NCBI RefSeq assembly: GCF_009914755.1
Contig: NC_060932.1
DNA: 64,000 bases
DNA from: the human T2T-CHM13v2.0 reference genome, Homo sapiens
Reading direction: 5' to 3' (one strand)
The notes under the pieces are model-generated. The model was not told the origin of the DNA and ran no database searches. It saw only the letters and a program-made list of their open reading frames with translations. The stretch's first letter is position 1; every line of letters starts with the position of its first letter. Below, one piece after another: positions 40,106 to 53,343 of the stretch. The position numbers were made by a program, and so were the translations under genes.

Positions 40106-43100
40106 TTCTGTTTTTTTAGACAAACACTTGGAGAAAAGGCATCAGAGAAGGACTAAGAGATGCTCTCCCTGAGGGTGAAAGACCCTCTCCTCTGTGGGGT
40201 AAAAGCCTTGCCATAGAGAAGTCCCCATCCGAGTCCTTGGGTGTTTTGGTTTTTGGCCCTTCCACCTCTGTTCCCCCTACTCCTAAATGGACAGGCAATG
40301 GAGCAGTCCAGCTTTATCTTCTGTCTCCTAGCAACCGTCCTTGGAAGGTGGAAGGCACATGGCAAGGTCTAGAGATTGAGGTAGGGCAGGTGGCAGGCAG
40401 GGAGGCAGGGGTCCTGGGGTGCTCCTCCTGGAAGCCCACGTCCTTGGGGCTAGGAGATGCTTTCTCTTCTGTGTAGCAGTGAGGGTGGGGGGCAGCTCTC
40501 ATTATTTAACGGTATAATTTGTGTTGACAGAATGGACAGGAATGTTTCATCAAGCAGTTACACAAAGGAGTCTGACTTGTTCCCAAACACAAAGGCGACA
40601 GGCAGCATAAATTAATGGCGTGTGTGCTAGTGCACTAAGTGTTTGCTACCACACTTGCTGAAAGGGGGAGAAAGAGACATTGCCTTCTCCTTCTGAGACG
40701 AGAATTGCTTGCGGTGGGAAAGAAAAGGCAGAAAGAGTTATTTCCTGGCAAAATGAGCACAATTCAAGCATCAAGCATCCTCTCCCTCTGCCATTCATCC
40801 CAATAAGAATCCCTTGGGGTCCTGGCCTTGTCTCTCACACAATTGGTACACACTTACTTCAGCCATCCTCAGTGAGAGCTGGGTTTGGACAAGACATGCT
40901 CTGGCTGTCTTCCACCTTTGATGTTCATCTTAACTAGATGTCACCCGGATGAAGATCAAAGGTAGCCTTGGAGGAAAAACAATGTCACAAAAGGCTTTTC
41001 TCCTCCCTGAGAGTGAGAGGAGCAGGTCGAGCTTGGAGAGAGGCTGTCTCCTCGCCTTCTTTGTTAAAGTGATAAGAAGAGCCCTTTCTCCCTCTGTGTC
41101 CTTTTTTTCTCTTTGCTCTGTGTTGCTCTCCTTCCCTTCTCTTCCCTTCCATAACTTTCTCTTCCCTTTTTAAAAGAAGGGTCTAGTGGGCGAGTTTTAG
41201 TGACACATGTAGGGTCACAAGCCTCAGCAGCTACAAATAGAAGACATAGTGTTGCAGGGTCAAAGGAACGCTGTTGAGACTCAGTAGCCAGGGTTTCCAT
41301 TCTGGCCTTGCCACTAGATAGCCCCATGATCCTGGGGGTTTGGGCCTCGGTTTACTTACTTGTAAGGCTCAGGGGTTGTACTAGATGCTCTTGTGAACTC
41401 CCTGCAGCTCCAACAGTCCAGGACTCCCTAGCCATTCTATTCAGGTCTCAAGACATGGTGCCCCTTGGCCTCCCTAAGTCACAGCTTGCTATCACCATCA
41501 CAGCAGCATGAGTGGGAACAAGTTGAAGGGACGGAGCTGACTACACCCTTCAGCCTTCCCCCTGCTGACTCTTGGAAAGCACTGAGCAGCACAGTACTAA
41601 ACTACAGGACTTCTTCTTCTTTTCATTCCACCATCTCTATATATTTCTCCCAAATGAAATTAAAAAAATATTATTGAATTATTAAAGTACACATTCATGT
41701 TGTAAAAAGAAGACATTCCAAGTGAAGTGCCCCTGATAACCACTTTCCACATGGTGTACGTGCTCCCAGGCTTTTAAAAAACACACTTATAATGATGTAA
41801 ATATATGTTTGGATTTGTGGGATTTTGATTTGTTCTTTGAGGTTCTGATTTATGGACTGCTGACATGTTGGCCACTGGAGCTGTCACAGCAAAAGAAGAG
41901 AAGGAACCAGCTTCTTTTGAGGCCAGTGAGATGTGTTTGTCCCCAGCTGTGAGCTGGGTCCCGTGTTTTGGGCACCAGGAGCCCTATGCTCTCTCCTTAT
42001 GCAAGTTGTATGTAAATTGCATCCTGGAGGAACTTGAGGCTTCTAGATTTATTTCCACAAAACAATGACACAAGGCTAAGAATCTTCACAAAGCGTGCTT
42101 AAAACCAGTTTGTTGTTAGAACAATGGACACACTTTCTAGGGATTGCTGTTTCTTTCTCTCTTTCTTTTTAAGAAACTTAAACATTACAATGTATATGCC
42201 CTTTATTGTGAAGAAATTAGAAAACAAATAAGTCTGTAGAAAAGAAATCACTGTATTCTTTTATTTAGAAATATATTTAGTTTTTTTTTTTTAATCAAAG
42301 AACACCTAAAGTTTTCCTGCACACATATTTAAAGAGCCTTTTCAGTTGACTTGATGCTTGCAGTTTAGAGATAGCTTGAGGTGACGTGTTGTCTGTCCTA
42401 CCTCCTAGGACCTGGACCTTGAAGCCATATTTATTCAGCCAGACTCTTGGGACATGGAGATGAATGTAACTGGGTTTTTGCTCTGTAAGTTCTCCTAGCA
42501 TGTTAGGAGAATGGTCCCAGAAACAAACAAACAAATAAAAAACTATAGTCTAGCATGGAGCATGCTAAAATTTGGAAATCTACTAAGTATCCTGAAACAG
42601 AGAGGAAGAGGTCATTAACTGAATAGATGTGAATCTGGTAAATTTCAATGCCATTGAGGTAATTTAGAACATCTTCCTGCTTAGACTTTAATCCCAGATA
42701 CAAGTAGTTTGTTTCCACTGTGAGAGATCTCCAAGTGCTTTCTCGTGGATTTGTGGCAAGGGGCCTCCAACTTCTACTTTCAGCATCACAAGGCAGAGAT
42801 GTAGGAGGTAACGCTTTATTTCCTCTCTGCAGAAGCCTTCTTTTGCTTGCCTCCATCTCTTAAGTCTACAGCCTTCCATATGCTTGGGTGGGAGCCCGTG
42901 GGTCTTGCAACTCTGGGGCAGCAACATTAGCTTCACTTTTAGTGTGTGCCAGTCTAAAATCTTGGTAATTCTACCAGGCTGAGATAACTCTGGTGATACA
43001 CAGATTTATTTCATGTAAGCCCTTAGAAATCTTTGTGCGGGACCAGCCCTATGTCAACTCTCATTCTGGAGGAGGGGTGTGGGGTGCTTGGCAACATCTT

Positions 43101-43952
43101 CATACAGTTACAGAAAAGTGCATTTGATGTAAACTTTGAAACAGTGAAGTGATATGTGCTGACTTTGATTGAATTAACTGGAAACAGGCCCTGAGACAGA
43201 GAATTGCATTCAGAAGGCTTCTTGTGGACTGCTCTCAGGAAATGTACCTGTAGGAAAGTGAGGAAGACTGGATTGGGCAGTGAGAGAAACCAGTTGATAA
43301 TGCTGTTGCAATTGAGATCTCAGCTGATCCTGTAAAGAGCTTTGGATCTGGGATGAACTATCAGAGTTGTCCCAAACTGAGGCAAGGGCATGATGGCTTG
43401 AGCTCATAGTCACTGGCTATAAGCTACCTTCTGGGAGGCTGAGTAATATTGGACAAACTAGTTCCCTGAAACCAAGTACAATTCCCAGTGAGGAATGCAG
43501 CTATGAGCTGTCAGCAGCAAGATCCCCATCAGCAGGGTGATGAATGACAGGAGGAAAGGGAATCAGAGCAGACAACAACAGTATCCACTACAGTCTGTTT
43601 TTTATTTCTCTGACCCACTGACATCTTAAGTTTTCCTCACCTGGGGACAAGTCCTTTAGGATTAAAGTTGGTCTCACTTTCTAGGGAATTTACAGGCAAA
43701 TAATTAAAGGGACAAACCATAGCTCTTTCTGTACAATTGATCTTGAAGCCATAACTGACACTTACCTTCCCCCCACTCCATCACCCATTCTAGATACCCT
43801 CACCTTCAGCTGACCATTTTACTAGTCTAGGCAGTTTGCTTCGTGAGGTGGACTGGATCCTCAACCCTGAGGTATATTAGCCTCTGTTAGAATGCTCTTT
43901 TCAGGACATGGGTGCTGTATCTGCCAATGTACTATTAAAACAGGGCGTGTGA

Positions 43953-44352
43953 AGCCATAAAACAAAATGCGTTCATGTCCTTTGCAGGGACGTGGATGAA
44001 GCGGGAAGCCATTATCCTCAGCAAACTAACACAGGAACAGAAAACCAAACACTGCATATTCTCACTCATAAGTGGGAGTTGAACAATGAGAACACATGGA
44101 CACAGGGAGGGGAACATCACACACCGGGGCCTGTCAGGGGGTGGGGGGGGGGCAAGGGGAGGGAGAGCATTAGGACAAATAACTAATGCACAGGGCTTAA
44201 ACCTAGATGACGGGTTGATAGGTGCAGCAAACCACCATGGCACATGTATACCTATATAACAAACCTGCACATTCTGCACATATGTCCTAGAACTTAAAGT
44301 AAAATTAAAAATTTAAAAATAATAAAAGTATGAAAATTGAAAGAAACAAAAC
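43953..44352 (+). mobile_element. 5'-truncated L1PA (L1PA8-like) 3' end inserted into the ERVL
   Basis: L1 3'UTR ttctcactcataagtgggagttgaacaatgagaacacatggacacagggagggg, G-tract, A-tail; TSD aaaacagggcgtgtgaa / aaaactagggcacatgaa. Confidence 0.93.
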
Positions 44353-45092
44353 AAAACTAGGGCACATGAACACCAATAGATGCCTCAGTGGGTCAACTGA
44401 GTGCTGAGCATATTCCTCCCCATTGTCATTATCTAACAGCAGCCCGATCTCCTGTCATATGATTGTTGCTTTTCCATGCCTGTTGGTCTTCTGGTATGAG
44501 GAATTCAGAGGGCCTGGTTAGCAGTTGCAGCTTAAAATGTAATGGACTTTTATGGAGCACACATGTACAAGTGCTCCCCTCTCTGAGAACAAGGATCTGT
44601 AGAGCCCACAGAGCCTAAGATTATAGGATTGGGAGCATAAATTCTCCAAGTGGTTATGGGTTGTTGGTAAGTGGGGCCACTCCCACATTCACCCTTTAGT
44701 TTCCTGACTCATGTATTCTATGCTCAGGGGACACAGTGCCATATAATAGGCATTAATTTAGAATCTATACTGAACTCAGAGATGTTGTCATTTTCAAGTT
44801 GACATCTCCATTATTTCTTTAAGAGGCCACTCCACTCCTCTATCAGGCTGGTGACTCCTAAAGGTGCAGTAGATGACAGAACCTGTGGGTCCCATGGTCA
44901 AATACCCACTGCCATTGCTGTACTTTTTTTTTTTTTTTTTTTTTTTTTTTGCCATTAGGTGGGTTGCTTGGCCTAAGGCAAAGTTGATTAGGATTTTATG
45001 TCAGCTGATGAAGTCCTCTTCAAGTCCTCAAATAGTTGTATTGGCCAAAGCCCTAGGAGTAGGGAAGTCAAGACCATATAGAATATATGTGT

Positions 45093-45341
45093 TTATATTA
45101 ATAAGATGGAATCATTGCTCCTTCTAGGGTGAAAGGAGTTTAGAGTAGTCAACTTGCCACCATGTGCCTGGTTCATCTCTTCAAGGGATGGTGTCAAAGA
45201 TGGGCGCGGTCTTAGTTTCTGTTGCTGGCAAGTTGAATATTCAGCAGCAGCAGCAGCCAGATCAGCCTCAGTTGAGTGGAAACACATTCTACTGGGCCCA
45301 TGAATAGTTTCCAACACTTCTACCATGGCTAGTCCACTCAC
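45093..45341 (-). pseudogene. ERVL integrase relic (zinc-finger region)
   Basis: ORF peptide TEADLAAAAAEYSTCQQQK resembles ERVL IN TKADLATATAECPxCQQQR; frameshifted. Confidence 0.75.
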
Positions 45342-46659
45342 ATGTCCATTGTGTCAGCACTAGGTTGGCCCATTACAAATACTTGCTGACGTCAAATGAC
45401 CGAGTCATTCTGCCCACTTGCTTGGTTTAGTGTCTCTTACATTGTGGATACATAATGTCTCTTACACCAAATCAAATGGCCATTTGGTGGCCATTACATG
45501 CCATACTAAAATCTTCCCTCTTTATATCCATTCCCATAGGTCCATCTAAGTGAGTCTTTCTAAGACCTCATCCCCAATCTTCTAATCTTTCTTCTTTCAG
45601 GACCCTGGTCCAGCTGGAAAGTCCATTTAAAAATGCCCTAAGTCTACAGATATATTTACTTTGGGCTACTTCTCTTTTCACAAAGTGGAGGGCCTGCTGC
45701 ATCACAAAAAACCCTGCCAATTTGGATAATTTCTCCTCATTGCTTTCTTCAGGGCCACTTTTGAATAGAGCTATAAAGCAATGAGTCTATTTGTACTCAC
45801 ACTGATGTGCCAAGTTGATCCATCCATGTACCAAGCTTACACTTTTTCCTCTTCCATTAGCTGGGTGTAAGGGAGAAACAGGTGCGTGTTGTGGAAGGAG
45901 GTATGAATGCAACCATAGAAGGTGATGTGGGGGTTGAGACCACCTATTCAGGCAGCTTAATTGTGATCTCTGGCCCTATTCCTGCTCAGTCCCAGATACA
46001 CTTCCACCTTACACAGATTGATGCTCGGTCAGCCTGACTGTCTCAGTGGGTATGACCGAACCCAGCTTATGATGGGCAGCTCTGGCTGCATGGCCACTGG
46101 AAGCCATGCTCAGATGGCCTATGTTTACTAAGCCCCAGTGGGCTTACAAGGTTCTGCCCCTTGAATGGAATATAGTCCTGTCATATATGGCATGGCCTTG
46201 CTCCAAAACCCTAAGGGTTTACACTGATCTCTTATTGGGGCTTGCCGTCAACTCTACTTGATGTCTTTTGCAAACACAGAAGCGTCTCATACCATAAGGT
46301 CTGCCAAGTTGTATGGCCAAGTGACAAGTTCGCTTTTGCATAGCCCTTTTTATGCCCACTTACAGCTGGCAGACTTTCATGTCACCTGGTAACTGGGTAA
46401 GAGCAGTTTTTCCAAATGTGGAGTATGCTGCCTCCAGCACCGAAAGGGGCCTACCAAGAATTGTGTTCCTTTCTCAGTGGTGGGAGTTATGAAATGCAAT
46501 AATTTGTCATTTACGTGGGGGAATGCTTTGCTATGCCCAGATCACTGGACCCTAAAAAACTTCTCTGATATGGCAGGTCCCTGAATCTTCATAGAGTTAA
46601 TCTACACCTCTGGAGTACATGTGCCTTATCAAGGCCTCCAAAATACCTACTGCTTCTTA

Positions 46660-47060
46660 TCTGGTCTAATTAGCATGATGTCACCAATATGGTAAACAAT
46701 GTGATAGTCTGTGGAATGTGCAGATGGTGTAGGCCTCTTTGTTTTATATTATGACAGAGAGAAGGTGAATTAAACAAGCCCTGGGGCATAAATATATATT
46801 GTTAACTTGTCCCAAGTGAATGCATACTGCTTTTGATCCTCCTTGAGAAGGGATGGAAAAGAATGCACTCGCTAGATTAATGTCTGCATATCATGTGTTG
46901 GCGTGTTAATCTCCTCTAAAAAAGGTACCACATCTAGCAAAGTAGGCACAATTGGGGGCTGCTGTTTGGTTAAATTGGCAGTAGCCCACTCTCATCCACC
47001 GTGATCTATCTGGCTTTTGGATGCTAGCATTCCCGTTGCGATCAGGGAGTCCAATATTGT
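46660..47060 (-). pseudogene. ERVL reverse transcriptase relic
   Basis: Minus-strand translation: QKPDRSRWMRVGYCQFNQ, YADINLASAFFSIP, EDQKQYAFTW, MPQG, HIGDIML (decayed YIDDIML); frameshifts between blocks. Confidence 0.85.
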
Positions 47061-47415
47061 AACAGCATCGCCTACTGCCAGCTCTAGCTGAAAGAAGACA
47101 GACACCACTGAGCACATGAGTGATGCTGGTGTTCCTCTCACCAACACATTCCTTATCACTTTGGGAAATAAAATGTCCTCTTAGTCTTCATAGAACATAG
47201 TCAGAAAGTGGGTTTTTTGCCTGTATCCACTCTGTCCCACCCATTTTTCTGAGCTCTTTGAGCCCTTCTTCCATCATTTGCCAGGGAAGTGCTGGTACAT
47301 CCATTTAGTTTGGGCCATTACTGGTTCTAAACTTACAAGATTCAACCTGGCAGTTTAGTAGCATCTTCTTCCAGGATCCTTGCCAGGGTGTTCAATTCCA
47401 TATCATGGGGAAATT

Positions 47416-47706
47416 TTAATACATTTTCATATTAATATAACCCCCTTTATCCAACTGTGTTCCATCCCCTTGACTCATTGCCCTCAGAATCCAGCCTAAT
47501 GCACACACTCCCATCTCTTCTTGGTACATATCAGCCAGAACCTGCACCCCTTTGGTGTATAGTCCCTCTCTTCCACATACTCCCTCCTTCTCTGGCCTTG
47601 TTGGTCTTGTTGATTTGACTTTTCCTATTGGTCTGATTGACGGAAAGAAAGATTGGCATAGGAATCCCCAGGGGGCCAGTTCAGTCTTGCAAGGCAGCTG
47701 ACTCAT
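47416..47706 (-). pseudogene. ERVL gag relic
   Basis: YTKGVQVLADMYQEEMGVCALGWILRAMSQG...LDKGGYINM resembles the ERVL Gag WEWILRV...LDxAEFIDxG block. Confidence 0.75.
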
Positions 47707-48971
47707 TTGCCATCATTGTATGATACTCAGGCAAGGAAGTGGGGGCACTATCCTCTATCAAGAGGAATAGGTACTTCTGCAGGCCAGCAGGTTTGGGGGA
47801 AGATGGGAGTTAAAAATTCTCAACTACATCATTACCCAGGTAATCACATCCCAAGTGTCAGAGTCCTACTCCTTTTCTGTTATGGCCTTGACCTTGGCAT
47901 AGGAGACCTCTCAGCTGAGAATTCAGTCTTCCCTGAAGTTCTGTTGCTATTACATGATTAATTACTGAATCCGATTTTTTGTGTGGATGACCCTCTGTTA
48001 TAGTTTTTTTTTTTTTTTTTTAAATGCTGCAAAGGAAATCACCTGGCTTTCACATTTTACCTTGAATTATCAACTGATTATCATGAGTTTTATACTATCT
48101 CTCTTCAGCGAGTGAATCTGTAGCACTCAACAACGGCCACCAATTCCATGGTCTTTCGAGTTATTATTTCCCTCATGCCTCTAAGGTGCCAGAGATATTA
48201 CTCCAGCCAGTGCATCACCTTTTACTGGTGTTCTAATACCTTTAAGCTAGGTAGACATTTTGCAGTTGCACTGCTAAAGCACACCAGACACTACCCATAC
48301 TATACTGACCACCAGGATGGAGTCCTCATTGCCAACTGGCCAGGGAATAATTCACCTCCAAAAGCATATTTGATAGCCCACTTTCTAGGTCCAATCCTGG
48401 TATTAATGGGCTCAGACTGGGTTCCCTGGAAACAGACTATGAAATGGAGAATTTCACTCAGGGTTTATTAGGGAGTGCTCTTGGGAAAAACACCTGTTCA
48501 AAAAAAATGAGGAAGGGAGGGTTGGGGAATGAGGAGGAAGAGAAGAAGGAGGAGGAGAAAGAAGAAAGCAGCAGTAGCTGAAATTTACTGACCTAAAAAA
48601 TAGTTTCCACTGAGGATTCAGCCAGTTCTGTGGGGAGCTTTGAGCTAGGATGACCTTTCCGACCTTTCAGAGTTGTTCCCAGTTGAGACAAAGTTGAAAC
48701 TTTTTGGATTCCCGTATCAGTCCATCATTGGCCACAGGCTGTCTCTTTGGAGGGGTGTAACCTTGGGCAAGGGAATTCTTTGTGGCTTAGGGCATCGCGC
48801 AGTCAGGGTCACAGCTGTGAATCCTCAGCAGTCAGTATTCTCAGCATCTGGGAACTGACAAATCAGCCCTGATGAGGGGATCTGAGGAGAGCACTGGAGT
48901 GCCTGCTGCAGGTACCCTGAGCTCATGGTTCCCACTGAGCAGCAAGAACTGGATTTAGAAAAAGTGGAGAA

Positions 48972-49175
48972 CAGCCTGGCAACATAGACCTCATCTCTAC
49001 TAAAATTAAAAAAAAAAAATTAGCCAGGCATGGTGTCTTGCACCTGTAGTCCTAGCGACTTGGGAGGCTGAGGCAGGAGGATTGCTTGAGCCTGGGAGAT
49101 CGAGGATGCAGTGAGCTGTGGTGATGCCGCTGTACTCCAGCTGGGCGTGAGACCCTGTTTCCAAAAAAAAAAAAA
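48972..49175 (+). mobile_element. 5'-truncated AluJ
   Basis: End of left arm, linker, right arm, poly-A. Confidence 0.9.
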
Positions 49176-49619
49176 GTAGAGGAGCAAAAATAGTACATTG
49201 GTAATGGCAACACCAATTTCACACTAGCCTAGGATTATCAAATATTATTCTGTTTGATCTTAGACAAGCTATTCAGTAATTTTTGTGCCAAGTTTCTTTA
49301 ACTGTAGAATAAAATTACTAACTAGATATGAACCTTGAAATGGTGCATAGCATATTGTAAATAAAAAAAATCATTGTTGTTGTTATTGATATCGGTATTT
49401 TTCAGCAACACAAAGTTATTTTCTAGCTCTATCTCCCTCCTCATGATCATCTAACCTGGCCCTTGCCCGCCTTTCTCCTAAAATGAAACTTCTACTTCTA
49501 TCTTGCTGGTTTCCTCACTTGTTCCCAAAAGATGCCATGCACGATGCTTGCACCATTTCCCTTCCTAGACTCTGTCCTCATTGGTCTCCCCTAAGGCTAT
49601 CTAAATCTATGTGGTCCTC

Positions 49620-49870
49620 AAGGGAGTGGAAGGAGCAAGTGCTTTGGATTTAAAAGTCTAGGTTTAAGTCTTAGATCCTCACCTTACTTAAGTTGCGCGA
49701 CCTTGGGTAAGCCATTGAACATGTCTCAGGGTCAATTTCCTCACCATTAAATATGGGACAATAGCAACTACTACACTAGCTTGTCACGAGGAGTAAATAT
49801 GATAACTAGGTTAAACTCCCAGCACAGACCCAGGCATACTTTAGTTTGCTCAACAAGCATTGGCGATTGG
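49620..49870 (+). mobile_element. MIR
   Basis: gcgaccttgggtaagccattgaacatgtctcagggtcaatttcctcaccattaaatatggg. Confidence 0.75.
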
Positions 49871-51178
49871 ATTCCTTCACAACCTTAATATGATCTAACC
49901 AGAGAGCCATTCAATGCACAATTATTGAAAGCCTGTGATGCACATGTACCTGCAAGGGATAGTAAGGTGCAGGAGTTACAGCTCCCCCAAGGATGATAAC
50001 AGTTGCCTTGCAGCTTTCCCAACCTCCTCAGTGTGCAGGCCCCTCCCCACCTCTCCCTCCTGGTATCTCTACTGCACAGACCCATGCTCCATCTGAACAC
50101 CAATCTCTTAGGCATTGCTATTTACATCTTCCTACATATCAGTTATGCCTCTCCATGTCAATTGTGAGCTGCTTGAGGGGAGAGACTTCCATATTCTTCC
50201 CTGTCCCCATACAACAGTTAACACAGGCACATGCCCTGTGCTCTCTAAGTAATTGCTAAATAAATACATTTTAAAGGAATGTTTGTGATCCTTGATAACA
50301 CCGAGCAGTTTTCATTTTGCAGGCTGACACCTGTTGGAACCATAACATCAATTTTGCGGGCTGTGACATCAAAATGCCCCTAGTACGCATGAGTATTATT
50401 TGCTGAAACTTTCGTTTTTGTCTTAAATGCCTGTCACAGGCTGGGTTGTGGTTTAAAAATAAGTTTCTTACTTTTGATCATGGTTTGAAAAAAGAAAAAA
50501 AACAGTGACAGGATGCGTATGACAAGGCTCCTAGCTTGGATGCTGAGCCCCTTGTGGGCAGAATCAAAGACATTGGGCACCAAGACCTCCCAGCTGGAGA
50601 GGAAGCAACTGGTTTCAGAAAAGCTCTCCTGGGGTTGGGGCGGATTAGAAGACAGGCAGTCAAGAGAAGAAATGCTCAGGGGCCTGAGCACAGTCGCTCA
50701 AACTGCTTATTGTCTGGGCAACAAATAGGCACTGCAGGCGCACCTAAAAACCTCAAGTGTCTTTCCTTCAGAAAGACACAAAGCACTTAAGACCCTGCAA
50801 TTGCTCAAGATTTTCCTCTAGGGATCCTTGTTTTCTCTAGAGCTTTAGATTGTAATAGAAACACCGTTGCCTTCATTCTTTTCTCACTTATTAAGCTGAA
50901 AAAGTAATCTGGAATCTTTAGCCTTTGGAGATTTGGCGATAATTTCTTGATGCAAAATTTGTATAGACAGCTTGACCATGATTGAAAGACCACATGAAAA
51001 AATCCTTGAAATTGAAATTGAAATCCTTGAAACTCAAAATTCTAGGACTGGAAATTCTTATCACCTATAGATGCTTTGAGGTTGAATTCAAAGTGTCATT
51101 GACCCAGGCACTGTTGGGAGTAGGAAGCCTTTTTTCTTAGGGAATTTGAGCCTCAACCTCTGTCTGCACTTTGCAGCA

Positions 51179-51222
51179 TTGGCTGTGATGGGGCTTGTCT
51201 TGGCTGTGATGGGGCTTGTCTT
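51179..51222. repeat. Perfect 21-bp tandem duplication
   Basis: ttggctgtgatggggcttgtc x2. Confidence 0.97.
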
Positions 51223-52209
51223 CTGGTTCCATGTTCTGGACAAATGCTTCCACCTTTCTTTCTGGAACGCCTGCCTAATGTCTGGCTGTCTGCTGTTTGT
51301 ACTCTGAAAACTACTTTAATTGGGAAGGTAAAATACAGTCTCAAATGCCCTTTTTGTGCCTTGTGAAAGCCCTCTAAAGCTTAGCTTAACTCAAAGAGCT
51401 TAAATCAATAGCACCGGCCCATTTTCTAATCACAGGGAATTTAATAATGATCAGGAAAGCCATTATCAGTCTGATCTGTGGGACTGTTTGGACTTTAACT
51501 CTTGGAAAACAGCTTCCTGTCAAACTTACATACTGTTATCATATAAAATGTCACTGAGAAGGGTATTAAAATCCCTCTTTGGAGAGAAAGCCTTATAGGG
51601 GTTCTATCAAAACTACTCTGTATGCTGATGAGTTAGGTGCTAGGAGAGAGAGAGAGCTAAAAACAAGCTTGGAGGTGGAAAGGAGGGAATTGTTCTCTTT
51701 TTGCCACAGCACACCCAAATGGAGAAGGGGAGGCTTCTTGGTGTCTGGGTCTGTAATTCAAGAAGTCCCTTGAGACACCTCAGCCCAGGGGCTGGAAAGT
51801 TCACGTCTATCCGCTGAGGCCTGGGAAGCCTGTTGGGGCCCCTGAAGGGAAGGGTGAGAGGAGAGCAGCCATGTCGCTCCATGGCTCCTGGCAGAAGTGT
51901 GAGGCTCCTGGACTCTGGTGACTTAGCCCCATTTACCATCACAGAGACATATAATACAGGCATTTGCCTACTTAGATCCCAGCCATGTGAGTTTTGGAAG
52001 TGCTGCTGAGGTGAATTTCAACCCTGGTTACCATAATGCAGTTGGGCCTTTTGTGAGTTGAATGTGATGTTGTTGTTTTTAGGGATTAAATGTTCAGAGA
52101 GAACCACTGACTTGGGGTTAGATGGTTGGCCTTTAACAAAACCCTAAAGGAACAGGGTGTGAACAGTTACATAACAAAAGATAAGAGGAACTACTTGAAA
52201 AGCTGAGTT

Positions 52210-52430
52210 GGCCAGCATGGTGGCTTATGCCTCTAATCAGCACTTTGGGAGGCTAAGGTATAAAGAGCACTTGAGCCCAGGAGTTCGAGACAAGCCTGGA
52301 CAACATAGTGAGACCCCTCATCTCTATAAAAAAATGTTAAAAAAATAGCTTGGTGTGGTGACACGTGCCTGTATTCCCAGCTATTCACAAGGCTGAGGTG
52401 GGAGGATTGCTTGAGCCCAAGAGGTTAAGG
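52210..52430 (+). mobile_element. 3'-truncated AluJ (no tail)
   Basis: Left arm and linker; right arm stops at gagcccaagaggttaagg. Confidence 0.9.
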
Positions 52431-53343
52431 GTTGGCCAACTCTCTGCACCTGGGTTCTTCCAGCAGCCAAAGACTTGTAGAGAAGAGAAATGAGTGCATG
52501 TGGGCTCCGGGGGGCACATTCCTCCATTGTGTGCTCACATCAGACAGTCTCCACGATCCCAGCCAGCTCCTGGGGCTGTGACCTCCTGGGGTCCAGAGTC
52601 TTTCCTGAGCCACTGCCATGAAGCCAAAGTCCCCAGAGTGAAGCTGCCTGCACTGTGTCCTATGTCACCAGCCCTGGTTGCCCTACTTGACACAAATGGA
52701 GACCCCATCTCCATCTGACTTGTTTAAGGTCTTAAGTCTAAAACCTCAGCATCTTCACAACTCCACTTGCCTTATCCCTCCCCCACCAGATCCCCCCCCT
52801 CCAGGACTGCTAATCTCTCCTGCTGGGATGCACGTGCTCCCACCCCACATTTTGCAGGTTTTAACCCCTTTGGCTCTTTCAGATAGGCCTTAACCTCCTT
52901 AAGAAACTTATAACACATGGAGAGCGAAGGCCCAACACTGATTTTACATATTAGAAACTCAAACTCCGAGGTGGTCCGTGAGACCCTGTGGCTGGTCGGT
53001 GGCAGCAGGTGCCCAGGACACTGGCCTGGGCCTTATTCCTGGCCTGTGTGCCTTCTGTGTACCACCTGCCTGGGATGTCTCCATGTTGTACATAGAGAAG
53101 ACTCTGGAGGGGGCCTTAGTACAAGCTTTGTTGCCCCAAAACTGAGTGATTGAGGGAAATACTGCAATCCCTCTGGTCTTCCTTTCTTTTTCTGTAAAAT
53201 GAGGATAATCATGTCTAATTTGAAGCTTAAATGTATTTAGTGTTCCTAGCACTAGAACTGGCATGTAAAGTACTTAATTGAACTGTCATTGACATGCTTC
53301 CTGAAAAATTACAGGAAAAATGGATCCTGAAGGAAAATTGGGA

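Larger units (their letters stand above)
43160..48910 (-). mobile_element. Decayed ERVL-class provirus (LTR16-type LTRs, ERV3-16A3-like internal)
   Basis: LTRs ~43160-43592 and ~48410-48910; degenerate Leu-tRNA PBS 48388-48405; gag, RT and integrase relics in the correct order on the minus strand. Confidence 0.85.

Noticed and set aside
39316-40172. His/Thr- and Val/Cys-rich ORFs
   Set aside because: Artefacts of the TG/CA tract
47416-47706. Domesticated Fv1-like gag gene
   Set aside because: Short, surrounded by stops and frameshifts, conserved Gag residues degraded
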